DNA of 64,000 nt from Candidatus Babeliales bacterium. Its GTDB lineage: Bacteria; Babelota; Babeliae; Babelales; JANWKD01. Position 1 is the first letter of the stretch; each line of letters starts with the position of its first letter. Below are positions 18,492 through 29,512 of this stretch, one piece after another. The translations under genes and the position numbers were made by a program. The DNA is taken from positions 96,001 through 160,000 of the forward strand of contig OY969622.1 of assembly GCA_963701665.1 (NCBI GenBank). The letters are read 5' to 3'. Below the pieces are notes generated by a model. The model was not told where the DNA came from and did not search any database. It was given only the letters and a program-made list of their open reading frames with translations.

Positions 18492-18611
18492 GCCTTCTTA
18501 CCCTTCATTGTAGCTACATATTCTTTTTTAATTTTAGTTTTATGAAAAAAAACGTAGATGAAGCAAGAAAAAAGCTCTAATTTCATGAAGGTCGATGATA
18601 AAGCTTATTCA

Positions 18612-19424
18612 TTACCAGTTAAAATCCTTTTCGTAACCGAGATCTATAAGTAGTTGCCCTGCAACCGCTTTAAAAGCAATTTTATGTCTTTCTAAGAAAT
18701 GTTCTTTCCATGATCCAATCTTTCCTTCACGAAATGTCAATGTACCCCCAAATAATTTGTCGGCGATTTTTTTTGCTTCTTCCCAGGTAAGGGATTTACC
18801 TAGGTGATTTGCTATTGCAATAATTTCTTTTATTTGTTCATCCTCGCTACCGCCTCCTTGTTTTCCGACTAACTTTTCAAATGTTGTGGTATATACATCC
18901 GGTTCAAATCGCCATGGTAAATATATGGTATAAAATGAAGTTATATCAGTTATTTGAAGCCATGGATCATCTGAGCAAAGTACTTCAGACCATAAGGGCC
19001 CAGTATTCATGATCAGTAGATCAATAAGCACATCTAAATCCCATGTGCTTTCTGGCATCCTATCTATAGTTTTTATCCAAAAAGCTGCAGAGACCACTTG
19101 ATCACGCGGATCTCGAATTATAAAAACTTTTTTTATTTGTTCGTTACTTATTTTTTTAATATTATCATCAACATAGATTGCATGTGCTATGAGCAACCAC
19201 ACTTTACTTTCCATAAACATTTGCATGGCATCATCATCAATTAAAAAAAAACTTCTACGAGGAATAGGTAATTTTGCATGAGTCATCATTAAAAGCATTT
19301 TCAGTAGCATGTTGGAACCACATTTAGGAATAGATATTCCTACAACACGATATAAATCACCGTTCGCACATAATCCAAAATGAATTATGAATAATGCTAT
19401 TTTTACTATGTTTTTTATACTCAT
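18612..19424 (-). CDS. PAPS-dependent sulfotransferase (copy C)
   Basis: SIPKCGS, IRDPRDQVVS and FREGKIGSWKEHF motifs; close paralogue of copy B. Confidence 0.88.
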   Translation of the reverse strand: MSIKNIVKIALFIIHFGLCANGDLYRVVGISIPKCGSNMLLKMLLMMTHAKLPIPRRSFFLIDDDAMQMFMESKVWLLIAHAIYVDDNIKKISNEQIKKVFIIRDPRDQVVSAAFWIKTIDRMPESTWDLDVLIDLLIMNTGPLWSEVLCSDDPWLQITDITSFYTIYLPWRFEPDVYTTTFEKLVGKQGGGSEDEQIKEIIAIANHLGKSLTWEEAKKIADKLFGGTLTFREGKIGSWKEHFLERHKIAFKAVAGQLLIDLGYEKDFNW

Positions 19425-19645
19425 TACCTTCTTGCCTTCATTTTTCAGAGCCTTGACATCTCTCTAACCATTTTAATAATGTTGCCACAAGTTTTGTAAT
19501 ATACTACTTGACTCATTCAAAATAATACCAGTTAAATGCTGCACATTAATAATTATTATTTTTACGAAGTAACGGAGGTGAAATAGCATAAAAGGTGATG
19601 TGTGTAATAATATCATTTAATTATTTTAAAAAGGACAGATAAAAA

Positions 19646-20203
19646 ATGAAGAAAAAATGGTCTAATTGTTTTAAACAAATTTTTTCGATGGTATTGCTAT
19701 TTGGTCTTATTTCAACTATAGGCGCTCAGCCATCAACTACGACGGTGAATTGGCACTGGTTAAGTGACGAATCGTGCGATAATACAAATAGTGGTATAAC
19801 ATCTGGTGTTGTCGATGCTAATATTGATATTATTGGTCATAATTCACTTTTTGGTATTGTTAGTGTTAAGGCATTAACATCCGATATTTTAGTTACGGTA
19901 ACTAATGGTGATGCTACTATTACTGGATCAGCGAACCGATGTGATGGCGGGCCAACTTATCCAGCGCGAGTATTTTTTTATGCTGCAGAAGATTGTAACA
20001 TAACATTTCAATTAGCAAATAGCCTTGATTTTTACGGTACGAGCAGCGGGAGTAGGCTTCTTGATTTTTTAGTCACCGTTTCTGGCCCTGGAACTTTTAA
20101 TTTCTTGATGGAAAACGGTAGTAATCTTAATTTTAATCCCCGAACAGAAGAAAGTGGTGGTGTATCATTCTTCTTGGCGTATGGTAGTTTTTCGGGAATA
20201 TGA
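19646..20203 (+). CDS. Secreted beta-rich protein, probably truncated
   Basis: RBS, signal peptide, Ser/Thr/Gly/Asn-rich beta-strand character; ends just before an IS-like end. Confidence 0.6.
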   Translation: MKKKWSNCFKQIFSMVLLFGLISTIGAQPSTTTVNWHWLSDESCDNTNSGITSGVVDANIDIIGHNSLFGIVSVKALTSDILVTVTNGDATITGSANRCDGGPTYPARVFFYAAEDCNITFQLANSLDFYGTSSGSRLLDFLVTVSGPGTFNFLMENGSNLNFNPRTEESGGVSFFLAYGSFSGI

Positions 20204-20213
20204 TAGTCACCTA

Positions 20214-20232
20214 AGTTAAAACACGCTCTTAA
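20214..20232 (-). mobile_element. Solo IS5-like terminal inverted repeat (putative)
   Basis: Minus strand reads ttaa-gagcgtgttttaact, the same ttaagagc.tgt start as the 11689 IS end. Confidence 0.45.
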
Positions 20233-20265
20233 CACCTCTATAATAGAAGATGGACCGTTAAAACA

Positions 20266-20302
20266 AAAAAGAGGCGTTTACAATAAGTAAACGCCTCTTT
20301 TT
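20266..20302. terminator. Bidirectional intrinsic terminator
   Basis: aaaaagaggcgtttac-aataa-gtaaacgcctcttttt. Confidence 0.85.
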
Positions 20303-20326
20303 AAATTTCAGAATTAAGATAATAGA

Positions 20327-20680
20327 TTAAAATCTATTTCTTGGAGGACGAGAAGAACCCCAACCACCGCTGCCGCCATTACCGCGATTACCGCCGCGAT
20401 CACCGCCAAAACGATTATCACTTCGAGGGCCGCGAGCTTCAGGGGCACGTGCTTCATTTACTCGTAGGGCTTGTTTTTCCAACTCGTAACCATTCAATTC
20501 GGCTATTGCTTGCTGAGCTTCAGCTGTAATAGGCATATCAACAAAAGCAAATCCACGGGTATCACCAGTAAATTTGTCTTTGATAATTTTAACTGAGGAG
20601 ACTTCGCCTTTTCCAGCAAATAACTGTCTTAGCATGTCTTCTGTCACTGTACGTGCAACATTGCCAACATATATGTTCAT
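20327..20680 (-). CDS. RRM RNA-binding protein with Gly/Arg-rich tail
   Basis: RNP2 IYVGNV, RNP1 RGFAFVDM, LRVNEA. Confidence 0.95.
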   Translation of the reverse strand: MNIYVGNVARTVTEDMLRQLFAGKGEVSSVKIIKDKFTGDTRGFAFVDMPITAEAQQAIAELNGYELEKQALRVNEARAPEARGPRSDNRFGGDRGGNRGNGGSGGWGSSRPPRNRF

Positions 20681-21073
20681 AGGTATATAAACTCACAAAA
20701 AAAAAATTAAAAAATGAAACTCAACAAATAGTATTAACCCTACTTTTAATTAACCAGCCTTTCGTCGGAATTAATATGATTATATAGTAAGTATAGCAGC
20801 ATAACCCAATAAAGCAAAAAAACTCTGTTTACAACCAAAAAACAGGATCCATTACCCCTATTATTTCATATTGCGAATTATTTTTGCCCTATACTGGCTC
20901 AAAGACCATTAAAAGACCATTAATTGAGTAGCCCTAGCAATTCTGATATACTCTCCTGTATCTCTTGTCTAGTCCCTTGCCAAAAGAATAATGTGCCTGC
21001 TTTACTAGATACTATATCTTTAGAGAAATTAGATTTTCAAGCATTACACATAAAGATCATTGGAGACTGTTAT

Positions 21074-23611
21074 ATGATCGCACAGATATTAGCAAAGATT
21101 GTGGGTACTGCCAATGTACGCCAATTAAGAAAACTCAGGCCCATTGTTGATCATATTAATAGCTTGGAGCCTAAAATAAGCGCTCTCACTGACGAGCAAT
21201 TGGGTGCAAAAACTAATGAATTCCGAGAACAGTTAAGCAAAGGCAAAACCCTCGATGATATTTTGCCCGAAGCGTTCGCCGTTGTACGCGAAACCGCCAA
21301 ACGAGAGTTAGGGCAACGCCACTTTGATGTCCAACTTATTGGTGGCATCGTATTGCATCAAGGTAAAATCGCCGAAATGAAAACGGGGGAAGGTAAAACC
21401 CTCACAGCAACCTTGCCTTTATACCTTAATGCCTTGAGCGGCAAAGGTGCTCACTTAGTCACGGTGAATGATTACTTGGCAAGACGTGATGGCACCTGGA
21501 TGGCGCCTGTATTCAATCGCCTAGGGCTCAACGTGGGCATTTTACAAAATCATATGGGCGATAAAGAACGCAAAGAAGTGTATAACGCTGATATCGTCTA
21601 TGCAACTAACAACGAACTCGGTTTTGATTATTTACGCGATAATATGAAATTCAGGCTTGAAGATTACGTTCAGCGAGAACTTCATTATGCCATCGTTGAT
21701 GAAGTTGACTCAATCTTGATTGATGAAGCGCGAACGCCACTCATCATTTCAGGTTCTTCAGATAAAAGCAGTAACCTCTATGCGCAAGCAAATGCCGTAA
21801 TCCCTCGTTTGAAAAAAACTGAAGATTATGAGGTCGATGAAAAAGCACGCTCGGTACAATTAACTGAATCCGGCGTTGATAAAGTTGAGGCTGCATTTCA
21901 TATTGATAACTTATATGCAATTGAACATCTCACGCTGCTGCATCATATTAATCAGGCATTGCGCGCTCATGCATTGTTCAAAAAAGATGTTGATTACGTT
22001 GTCAAAGATGATGAAGTACTTATCGTTGATGAATTTACCGGCCGAATTTTTTCAGGTAGACGCTATAGTGATGGATTGCATCAAGCAATAGAAGCAAAAG
22101 AAGGAGTAAAAATCGAGCGTGAAAGCCAAACACTCGCTTCTATTACACTCCAAAATTTCTTCCGTTTATATAAACGTTTAGCGGGTATGACAGGAACTGC
22201 GCTCACCGAAGCTGAAGAATTTCATAAAATTTACGGACTTGATGTTATTTCAATTCCAACGAATCAACCTATGATTCGTATCGATAAGCCAGATCTAATA
22301 TTCTTAACAAAAGAAGCAAAATATAAAGCAATTGCACAAGATGTAAAAGAACGGTATGTAAAAAAGCAGCCAGTTCTTATCGGTACTATTGCTATTGAAA
22401 CTTCAGAACTTTTAAGCAGTATTCTCCACGCACATGGCGTCCCCCATGAAGTGCTCAATGCTAAACAGCATGAGCGAGAAGCAGAAATTGTTGCTCATGC
22501 GGGCGAACCGGCACATGTAACCATCGCCACCAACATGGCAGGCCGCGGTACTGATATTAAATTAACACCAGAATCTATCGCAGCAGGCGGTTTATATATT
22601 CTTGGTACCGAGCGTCATGAAAGTAGACGTATTGATAATCAGCTGCGAGGGCGATCGGGACGTCAAGGCGATCCTGGAGAGTCTCGTTTTTACATTGCAC
22701 TCAACGATGATCTCATTCGCATATTTTCAGGCGATCTCATTGAAAAAAATATGCGCCGCGTCGGTATGCAAGAAGATGAAACGATCGAATCGCGGTTTAT
22801 TTCTAAATCGATTGAAAACTCTCAAGAAAAAGTTGAAAAAAGAAATTTTGATATCCGTAAACATCTCCTTGAATATGATGATGTGTTAAACCAACAACGG
22901 ATTGTGGTATATGCTTATCGCCGTTCTATTTTAGAAGGCGCCGATGAAATTTACGGCTTTGTCCGTGAGCTCATTCGTGAATCCGTGCATGACATGATCA
23001 AGGAATTTTCTCCAGCACGCACGGTTTCACCCGAGGCTTTTGAAAATATCCTTAAACCGTTAAGCACCATGACAGGTATTCCCGTTGATGACTTACATAA
23101 AGAAGGATTTTCTACTTCAAGTTCTGAAAACCTTGAAACAGATATCGTAAATTTCTTGCTCATGAAATATGATCTCTATCGCAATCAACAGCCATCTGAA
23201 AGAGTTCAAGAAGCTGAGCGTTGGCTCATGCTTGAAACTCTCGACAATGCCTGGAAACAGCACATGCTCAATCTAGGACATTTAAAAGAAGGTATTGATT
23301 TGCGAAGCTGGGGTCAAAAGAATCCTTTGATTGAATATAAACGCGAAGCATTCGCTATGTTCCAGGAAATGATGCAACAAGTTCGTTGGGAAATTGTTCA
23401 TCATGTATTCCATCTCAATCTTGAACATTTCAACAAAGCAGAACTTGAAACAAAACGTCAACGTGAGCTTGATCAACTCAATTTAATATCAGCAGAAATG
23501 GGCGATAACGAAACCCCAAAAACAGTTGTCAATAAAGAAGAGAAAGTTGGCAGGAACGATCCATGCCCATGCGGTTCGGGCAAAAAATATAAAAAATGCC
23601 ATGGATCTTAA
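21074..23611 (+). CDS. secA: Protein translocase subunit SecA
   Basis: [41 protein letters not shown] and [23 protein letters not shown]; start moved to MIAQIL after ggag. Confidence 0.98.
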   Translation: MIAQILAKIVGTANVRQLRKLRPIVDHINSLEPKISALTDEQLGAKTNEFREQLSKGKTLDDILPEAFAVVRETAKRELGQRHFDVQLIGGIVLHQGKIAEMKTGEGKTLTATLPLYLNALSGKGAHLVTVNDYLARRDGTWMAPVFNRLGLNVGILQNHMGDKERKEVYNADIVYATNNELGFDYLRDNMKFRLEDYVQRELHYAIVDEVDSILIDEARTPLIISGSSDKSSNLYAQANAVIPRLKKTEDYEVDEKARSVQLTESGVDKVEAAFHIDNLYAIEHLTLLHHINQALRAHALFKKDVDYVVKDDEVLIVDEFTGRIFSGRRYSDGLHQAIEAKEGVKIERESQTLASITLQNFFRLYKRLAGMTGTALTEAEEFHKIYGLDVISIPTNQPMIRIDKPDLIFLTKEAKYKAIAQDVKERYVKKQPVLIGTIAIETSELLSSILHAHGVPHEVLNAKQHEREAEIVAHAGEPAHVTIATNMAGRGTDIKLTPESIAAGGLYILGTERHESRRIDNQLRGRSGRQGDPGESRFYIALNDDLIRIFSGDLIEKNMRRVGMQEDETIESRFISKSIENSQEKVEKRNFDIRKHLLEYDDVLNQQRIVVYAYRRSILEGADEIYGFVRELIRESVHDMIKEFSPARTVSPEAFENILKPLSTMTGIPVDDLHKEGFSTSSSENLETDIVNFLLMKYDLYRNQQPSERVQEAERWLMLETLDNAWKQHMLNLGHLKEGIDLRSWGQKNPLIEYKREAFAMFQEMMQQVRWEIVHHVFHLNLEHFNKAELETKRQRELDQLNLISAEMGDNETPKTVVNKEEKVGRNDPCPCGSGKKYKKCHGS

Positions 23612-23612
23612 A

Positions 23613-25808
23613 TTAAATATCCCAACCGGCAGATTCTGTAGCTCCCCCTGCTGGCTGAGAAGCTGAAGCTTCTAATGACTGCGCATATGTTTCGATTAAT
23701 TTTGCACCTTCAGTGACAGGTGAACTAGTTTTTGCAAGAGGTACTTGATCAATTTGATCGATAAGAACATTTTGTTCATCGATATTTTTTTGAGAAACAT
23801 TTGCTCCGGCATCCCATATATTTTTTGCAAGCTCAATTGTGGATTTGTTTGGTAGTGATCCTGTCGTAGGGATTTTCTGTATCTCCTTAACATTTGATCT
23901 TATTACCTGCGGCAACGTTACAACATTATTACCAATAACGGCTGTTAATGCGCCTTGTACTCGAGATGCTTCACTTGCTAATTGATCGAATCTAATATTC
24001 ATTCTCAAATATGCTTTTGCTAATACTCGTGCAACTTCTGAAGAAAGATCACCTTTTAACATAGAACCATTAACTTCTCCCATTAAATCACTCAGGGCAT
24101 TCAAAATTCGTTGTAGAGACTCTAGTTCCCTCTGTGAAGGATCAGCTTTTGAAATTTCTTCATAAATTTTCTTTATGTTTGCATCAAAATTTTTGAGTAA
24201 GGCATCTATTTTTGCGTCATTTTCAGGCGCCAATGTTTTTAAGGCATCCTGAATAACAATTTTATCATTGCCTAAGGCAGTTTCTATTTTTTCCAACCTC
24301 TGAGGATTAATTATTGTAGCATTTTTGTTCTTGGCAATTAAAGCTTCATACGTTTTAACCTCCTGAGAGTTAAACTTATTTCTTAACTCAATGTCTTTCA
24401 TGATATTTGCATGCTCAATTTCAAATCTTTTTGCCTGTGAACCAAAATAGTTGAATCTTTTTTGTATCACTTGTTGTTTATCTTTTGGAAGCTTTTTAAA
24501 TGCATCACTACGAATAAAATTACCATATGTATCTTGAATTTTTTGATAAGATTGCATTAAGACATTAGTTATCTTCTCACCAGTTCTTGGATCAGATAAT
24601 AATGAGTACTTCACTTTTGCTAAATCATCTAAATAGAACATCATGGAAGAAAAATCTTTTTCGTTTTTTCCATAGCCTGTCATATTGCGATCCAAAAATG
24701 CAGTAAGATTTTCAAGATTGTTCTTACTTAACAACGAATTTGCTCGTTTCTGTGTTGCTTCAGCTAGTTGTTCTAATTCACTCTTTACTGGTCCCGGCCC
24801 AACTGATTGCAAATCCATTTGTTTTATAAGACTTTCAACATCACTGCTCAATATAGCTAATTCTTTTTTAAGAGCTTCTTCCGATATGCCAACACTTTTA
24901 GCAAATTCTGCAGTATTTATTCTTGCTATCTCATTACGCAACTCTAAAACATTCAATGCTATATCTTTAATGGCATTTTTACTGAATGCCTTTTCTCTTG
25001 CTACTTGCGCATCTCGTTTTATCTTTTCTGTATCGGCTTTTGATGTACTCTTTTTCAGCTTTTCAGTCTCAATACGATTAATTGCATCCAATTTTGCTAT
25101 ATAGCCTTCCAAAGCATACATTGAATCCTGAATGGCTAAGGTAACACCGTGCATTTTATATCTCAAACGATCAGCCGCTAAAAGATTTTCAGTTTGTTGT
25201 AAGGGTTTATTAAGCTCTCCATATAAATCTGCAAGTTCCTTATAGCCATTCATAGCCCCATTGTAATCACCGAAAGCCTCAAAAACCTTAGTCAATTTTG
25301 ATGTAACCCATATTTCAAAATTCTTACCAATTCGTTGACCTAACGTAAGCTCGGCTTCAGATATTTTTGAAGGTTCAGTCGTTGTTGATGTTCCTTCTGA
25401 TGCTAATGTGCTCTGAAGTTTTTTGATTTGTATTTCAATATTTACTTTTTCCTTGGCAGCTAATTCTTTTTCAACTTTCAAAGTTACCGAATCTTTAGGC
25501 TTAAAATTTAATACTTCAGCCACTGCCTTTATTTTAGCTTCTAAAGACGTCTGTAATTCCTCATTAAGTTTAATAAGGTCTTCTTGTGCTATTTTTTCAC
25601 TAGCTTCGTCACCGCTTTTTCTTTTTTGTTCAATCTCTTGTTCTTTTCTTATGATCTCTTCTTGCTTAGCAGAAACCTCTTTAGTTTTCATGCTTAATTC
25701 TTCACGGGCTTCACTAACATCTCTAACTCGACCTTCATGAGAAGCAGAAAATATAGAAAAAGGAAGCAACAAAAACCAAACATACATCATGAAAAAACTA
25801 AGCTTCAT
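23613..25808 (-). CDS. Secreted coiled-coil/helical hypothetical protein (effector-like)
   Basis: Signal peptide, charged heptads; C-terminus paralogous to 2..868. Confidence 0.8.
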   Translation of the reverse strand: MKLSFFMMYVWFLLLPFSIFSASHEGRVRDVSEAREELSMKTKEVSAKQEEIIRKEQEIEQKRKSGDEASEKIAQEDLIKLNEELQTSLEAKIKAVAEVLNFKPKDSVTLKVEKELAAKEKVNIEIQIKKLQSTLASEGTSTTTEPSKISEAELTLGQRIGKNFEIWVTSKLTKVFEAFGDYNGAMNGYKELADLYGELNKPLQQTENLLAADRLRYKMHGVTLAIQDSMYALEGYIAKLDAINRIETEKLKKSTSKADTEKIKRDAQVAREKAFSKNAIKDIALNVLELRNEIARINTAEFAKSVGISEEALKKELAILSSDVESLIKQMDLQSVGPGPVKSELEQLAEATQKRANSLLSKNNLENLTAFLDRNMTGYGKNEKDFSSMMFYLDDLAKVKYSLLSDPRTGEKITNVLMQSYQKIQDTYGNFIRSDAFKKLPKDKQQVIQKRFNYFGSQAKRFEIEHANIMKDIELRNKFNSQEVKTYEALIAKNKNATIINPQRLEKIETALGNDKIVIQDALKTLAPENDAKIDALLKNFDANIKKIYEEISKADPSQRELESLQRILNALSDLMGEVNGSMLKGDLSSEVARVLAKAYLRMNIRFDQLASEASRVQGALTAVIGNNVVTLPQVIRSNVKEIQKIPTTGSLPNKSTIELAKNIWDAGANVSQKNIDEQNVLIDQIDQVPLAKTSSPVTEGAKLIETYAQSLEASASQPAGGATESAGWDI

Positions 25809-25875
25809 TTTTATCCTTTATTGATTTACTTTTTCTTTTATTAATAAAGGATTTTTATTTTAAAAAGCAATAAAC

Positions 25876-26085
25876 CATATCTTCCGTCTCAATCTTGAAC
25901 ATTTCAATAAAGCAGAACTTGAGACCAAGCGGCAGCGTGAACTTGATCAACTCAACTTGATATCGGCAGAAATGGGTGACAATGAAGCACCAAAAACGGT
26001 CGTCAATAAAGAAGAAAAAGTTGGCAGAAATGATCCATGCCCATGTGGTTCGGGTAAAAAATATAAAAAATGCCATGGATCTTAA
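25876..26085 (+). pseudogene. secA: Second, diverged copy of the last 70 codons of secA
   Basis: Gap-free 210-bp match to 23402..23611, encoding [14 protein letters not shown]...[15 protein letters not shown]. Confidence 0.92.
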
Positions 26086-26152
26086 ATTAAATTTGATATG
26101 GAAATCATGTGGTATTCACATGATTTCTATGCACATCTAGTTAGAAAAAAAT

Positions 26153-26341
26153 TTAATTTGATGAGTTATTTTTCTTTTTTTTATCAGGAGTAGTGATCTT
26201 TATGGGTTTTAACTTTTCAGGTTGCTTACCCTTATATTCATCATAGTTGAGCTTACACTCAGATTTTTTTTCATAATCTTGCATTGCAAAACAAAAAGCG
26301 CTCGCTAAACACAGACAACAACCTAGTAATATTTTTTTCAT
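26153..26341 (-). CDS. Small secreted basic protein
   Basis: RBS ggag; MKKILLGCCLCLASAFCFAMQD signal peptide. Confidence 0.55.
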   Translation of the reverse strand: MKKILLGCCLCLASAFCFAMQDYEKKSECKLNYDEYKGKQPEKLKPIKITTPDKKKKNNSSN

Positions 26342-26357
26342 GTAATTCTCCCGAGGT

Positions 26358-27332
26358 CTAAGATATACATTCATTCTGCTTAGATATACTATGGCTTTGG
26401 TAATTTTGTATAGACATTTTATACCACTCAAGCGTTCTTTGCATACCTTCTTCCAGAGAGATTTTCGCCTTCCATCCAAGCGCGTGAATTTTATCAACAT
26501 TCAGCAATTTGCGCGGTGTACCATCAGGTTTTGTGGTATCAAACACAAGTTCACCCCGAAATCCAACGATGTCTTTAATAAGATTAGCAAGATCTGCGAT
26601 GGAACAATCGTACCCAACGCCAACGTTAATTGGTTCTGATGCATTGTACTGCTGCATTAAAAAAAGAGAAGCATCGGCAAGATCATCAACGTATAAAAAT
26701 TCACGAAACGCGCGACCAGTGCCCCAAATTGGCACAGAACGCGCGTTTGTACTATAGGCATTATAAATTTTTGCAATCAGCGCGGGTACCACATGCGAGG
26801 TTTCAAGATTAAAATTATCTCCCGGGCCATATAAATTGGTTGGCATGCATGAAATAAAGTTAGTGCCGTGTTGTCTGTTATATGATTGGCAAAGATTAAT
26901 GCCAGCAATTTTTGCAATCGCATACGGTTCATTTGTTTTTTCAAGTGTGCCCGTTAATAAATATTCTTCACTAATAGGCTGAGGGCACAGGCGCGGGTAA
27001 ATGCAGGAAGAGCCCAAGAATAATAATTTTTTTACGCCGTGTTGATAGGCCGCGTGAATAACATTCGCTGCTATCATGATGTTGTCGTAAATAAAATCTG
27101 CAGGAAAATCATTATTTGCTTTTATACCGCCAACGCGCGCAGCAGCAAGGAAAACGTACGCCGGTTTTTCTTGCGCAAAAAACTCGTTAGTCGCGCGTTG
27201 ATCGCACAAGTCGAGCGTTTGCACTGTTCTGTATATCAAATTTTTGTAGCCTTGCGCGTGCAATGCTCGCATCAATGCTGAACCTACCAATCCGGTGTGG
27301 CCGGCGACATAAATTTTTTCATGTTTATTCAT
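26358..27332 (-). CDS. fcl: GDP-L-fucose synthase
   Basis: [31 protein letters not shown] and MPTNLYGP motifs. Confidence 0.97.
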   Translation of the reverse strand: MNKHEKIYVAGHTGLVGSALMRALHAQGYKNLIYRTVQTLDLCDQRATNEFFAQEKPAYVFLAAARVGGIKANNDFPADFIYDNIMIAANVIHAAYQHGVKKLLFLGSSCIYPRLCPQPISEEYLLTGTLEKTNEPYAIAKIAGINLCQSYNRQHGTNFISCMPTNLYGPGDNFNLETSHVVPALIAKIYNAYSTNARSVPIWGTGRAFREFLYVDDLADASLFLMQQYNASEPINVGVGYDCSIADLANLIKDIVGFRGELVFDTTKPDGTPRKLLNVDKIHALGWKAKISLEEGMQRTLEWYKMSIQNYQSHSISKQNECIS

Positions 27333-28438
27333 AAACTATCCACGGAATATGGTGATGTGCCACGAGGCTGTTGAAACAAATTTTCTTGGTTTTCTTGAGG
27401 CGGCTTAACAAGCTTACAATCATGATCAACCATAAGCGTCACTAATCCATCAAAATCCATTTTGGGATACCAGCCCAATGTACGTTGTGCTTTGCGTGAA
27501 TCACCAATGAGAAGATCAACTTCTGTTGGTCTGAAATAATGTTCATCAATACGCACTAATGATTTTTTTGTTTTTGTATCGATACCGCACTCGTCTATGC
27601 CAGTTCCTTGCCATATAAGATTGATATCAACATGAGCAAATGCTTTTTCTATGAACTCGCGCACGGAATGTGTTTTGCCGGTGGCAATAACAAAATCTTC
27701 AGGAACATTTTGTTGCAGCATGAGCCACATCGCTTCGACATAATCTTTTGCATATCCCCAATCACGTTTTGCATTGAGATTGCCAACATATAAACATTCC
27801 TGAAGTCCATATTTTATGCGCGCAACAGCTCGAGTAACTTTTCGTGTCAAAAATGTTTCACCACGCAAGGGCGATTCATGATTAAAAAGAATTCCGTTGC
27901 AGGCATACATAGAATACGCTTCACGATAATTTACGGTAATCCAATAGGCGTACAATTTAGCAGCTGCATACGGTGATCGAGGGCAAAAGGGTGTTGTTTC
28001 TGATTGAGGGACTTCAAAACTGTTACCATATAATTCACTCGTTGATGCTTGATAAAACCTCGTTTTTGAAGTCAAACCGAGCAGCCGTATCGCTTCTAAG
28101 ATGCGTAAGGTACCTAATCCATCAGCATTGGCGGTATACTCAGGCGTTTCAAAAGAAACATGCACATGACTTTGTGCCGCTAAATTATACACTTCATCCG
28201 GTTGAATTTCCTGAATAAGTCTGATTATATTTGTCGAATCAGTAACATCACCATAATGTAAAATAAAATTTGCTGTGTCATACTCATGCGCATCTTGATA
28301 AATATGATCAATACGCGATGTGTTAAATGAAGAGGAGCGGCGTTTTAGCCCATGAACTTGATAACCTTTTTGCAGCAAAAATTCCGATAAATAGGCGCCA
28401 TCTTGGCCTGTAACACCCGTTATTAAAGCTTTCTTCAT
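27329..28438 (-). CDS. gmd: GDP-mannose 4,6-dehydratase
   Basis: [34 protein letters not shown] and LFNHESP motifs. Confidence 0.98.
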   Translation of the reverse strand: MKKALITGVTGQDGAYLSEFLLQKGYQVHGLKRRSSSFNTSRIDHIYQDAHEYDTANFILHYGDVTDSTNIIRLIQEIQPDEVYNLAAQSHVHVSFETPEYTANADGLGTLRILEAIRLLGLTSKTRFYQASTSELYGNSFEVPQSETTPFCPRSPYAAAKLYAYWITVNYREAYSMYACNGILFNHESPLRGETFLTRKVTRAVARIKYGLQECLYVGNLNAKRDWGYAKDYVEAMWLMLQQNVPEDFVIATGKTHSVREFIEKAFAHVDINLIWQGTGIDECGIDTKTKKSLVRIDEHYFRPTEVDLLIGDSRKAQRTLGWYPKMDFDGLVTLMVDHDCKLVKPPQENQENLFQQPRGTSPYSVDSL

Positions 28439-28455
28439 ACTCTACTTCTTTCTAT

Positions 28456-29496
28456 TTATAGATAACGTTCCAGGCCCTTTTTCTTGAGTTCTGCAACAAT
28501 TTGTTTTACGTTCTCAGCTTCAGAACGTTTCATGATAAGAAGTGCATCTGGCGTATCAACAATACAAAGATCATCAACACCCAAGAGTGCAACTAATTTT
28601 TTCGAATCTGCCGTTATTAGATTATTATGCGCTTTAATCTCAATACGGTTGTGCACATCGTTGCGCGAATATTTTTGCTGTAATGATAAAAACGTTTCTA
28701 AATTGCCGACATCTGACCATGAAAAATCAACGGGCATAACGACAATGTCTTTCGTTTTTTCCATGACAGCATAATCTATCGAAATCGACGGCAATGCTTC
28801 GTATAGTGCTTGATTAGGTGAACGCACATACTGTTGTAATGATGTGTACATATCAGGAACGTGTTTTTGGAATTGCTGTAAAAATACCGATATTTTTCCA
28901 CAAAATATGCCTATATTCCATAACATGGACGGCATAGAGGCATATTTCTCTGCTATTTCACGCGATGGTTTTTCATGAAATTTTATGATCGAGCCCACCT
29001 GATCATGCGCTTCTTTGAACTCGATATAGCCATATCCTGTTGCCGGAAATGTTGGTTTAACCCCAAAAAGCACGATTTTTTCATGGTGTTTACCATACTC
29101 AAAGGCATGCGCAATGCTTTGAACAAATTTTTGTGTATCAGGAATATAAGGATCAGCGGGCAAAAATATCACGAGTGCTTCTGGATCCTGACGCGCTAAT
29201 AATAAGCAACTAAGTAAAATCGCCGGTGCAGTATTACGCGAGGCAGGCTCGATTAACAAACTATTAATATTATTTTTGCAATGCTGTTCGATTATATTTT
29301 TTTGTTGTTCCGTTGTTACAACAAATCGATCTTTTTCAGGAACAATCGTAGCAAGACGATTCAAGGTATCTTCTAATAAAGAATGATCATTAACAAACGG
29401 CAATATTTGTTTTGGACGTTTCTCACGACTTAACGGCCATAAGCGCTCGCCTTTTCCCCCTGCTAAAATAACGGCATAATGTGTCATTGAACGCAC
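28456..29496 (-). CDS. manC: Mannose-1-phosphate guanylyltransferase
   Basis: LAGG.G.RLWPLSR...PKQ, EP..RNTAPA, TGYGYI, FHEKP and WSDVG motifs. Confidence 0.93.
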   Translation of the reverse strand: MRSMTHYAVILAGGKGERLWPLSREKRPKQILPFVNDHSLLEDTLNRLATIVPEKDRFVVTTEQQKNIIEQHCKNNINSLLIEPASRNTAPAILLSCLLLARQDPEALVIFLPADPYIPDTQKFVQSIAHAFEYGKHHEKIVLFGVKPTFPATGYGYIEFKEAHDQVGSIIKFHEKPSREIAEKYASMPSMLWNIGIFCGKISVFLQQFQKHVPDMYTSLQQYVRSPNQALYEALPSISIDYAVMEKTKDIVVMPVDFSWSDVGNLETFLSLQQKYSRNDVHNRIEIKAHNNLITADSKKLVALLGVDDLCIVDTPDALLIMKRSEAENVKQIVAELKKKGLERYL

Positions 29497-29512
29497 TCAA
29501 CTAAAGTAATTA

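Noticed and set aside
8895..20232. Locus as a prophage tail or tape-measure region
   Set aside because: 11-residue aromatic periodicity recalls tape measures, but the proteins carry signal peptides and no phage genes are present
20924..21073. 50-aa N-terminal extension of SecA
   Set aside because: TTG start without RBS; typical SecA N-terminus and ggag RBS point to 21074
25855..26076. 73-aa minus-strand ORF resembling 23282..23476
   Set aside because: Both are antisense shadows of the secA 3' end
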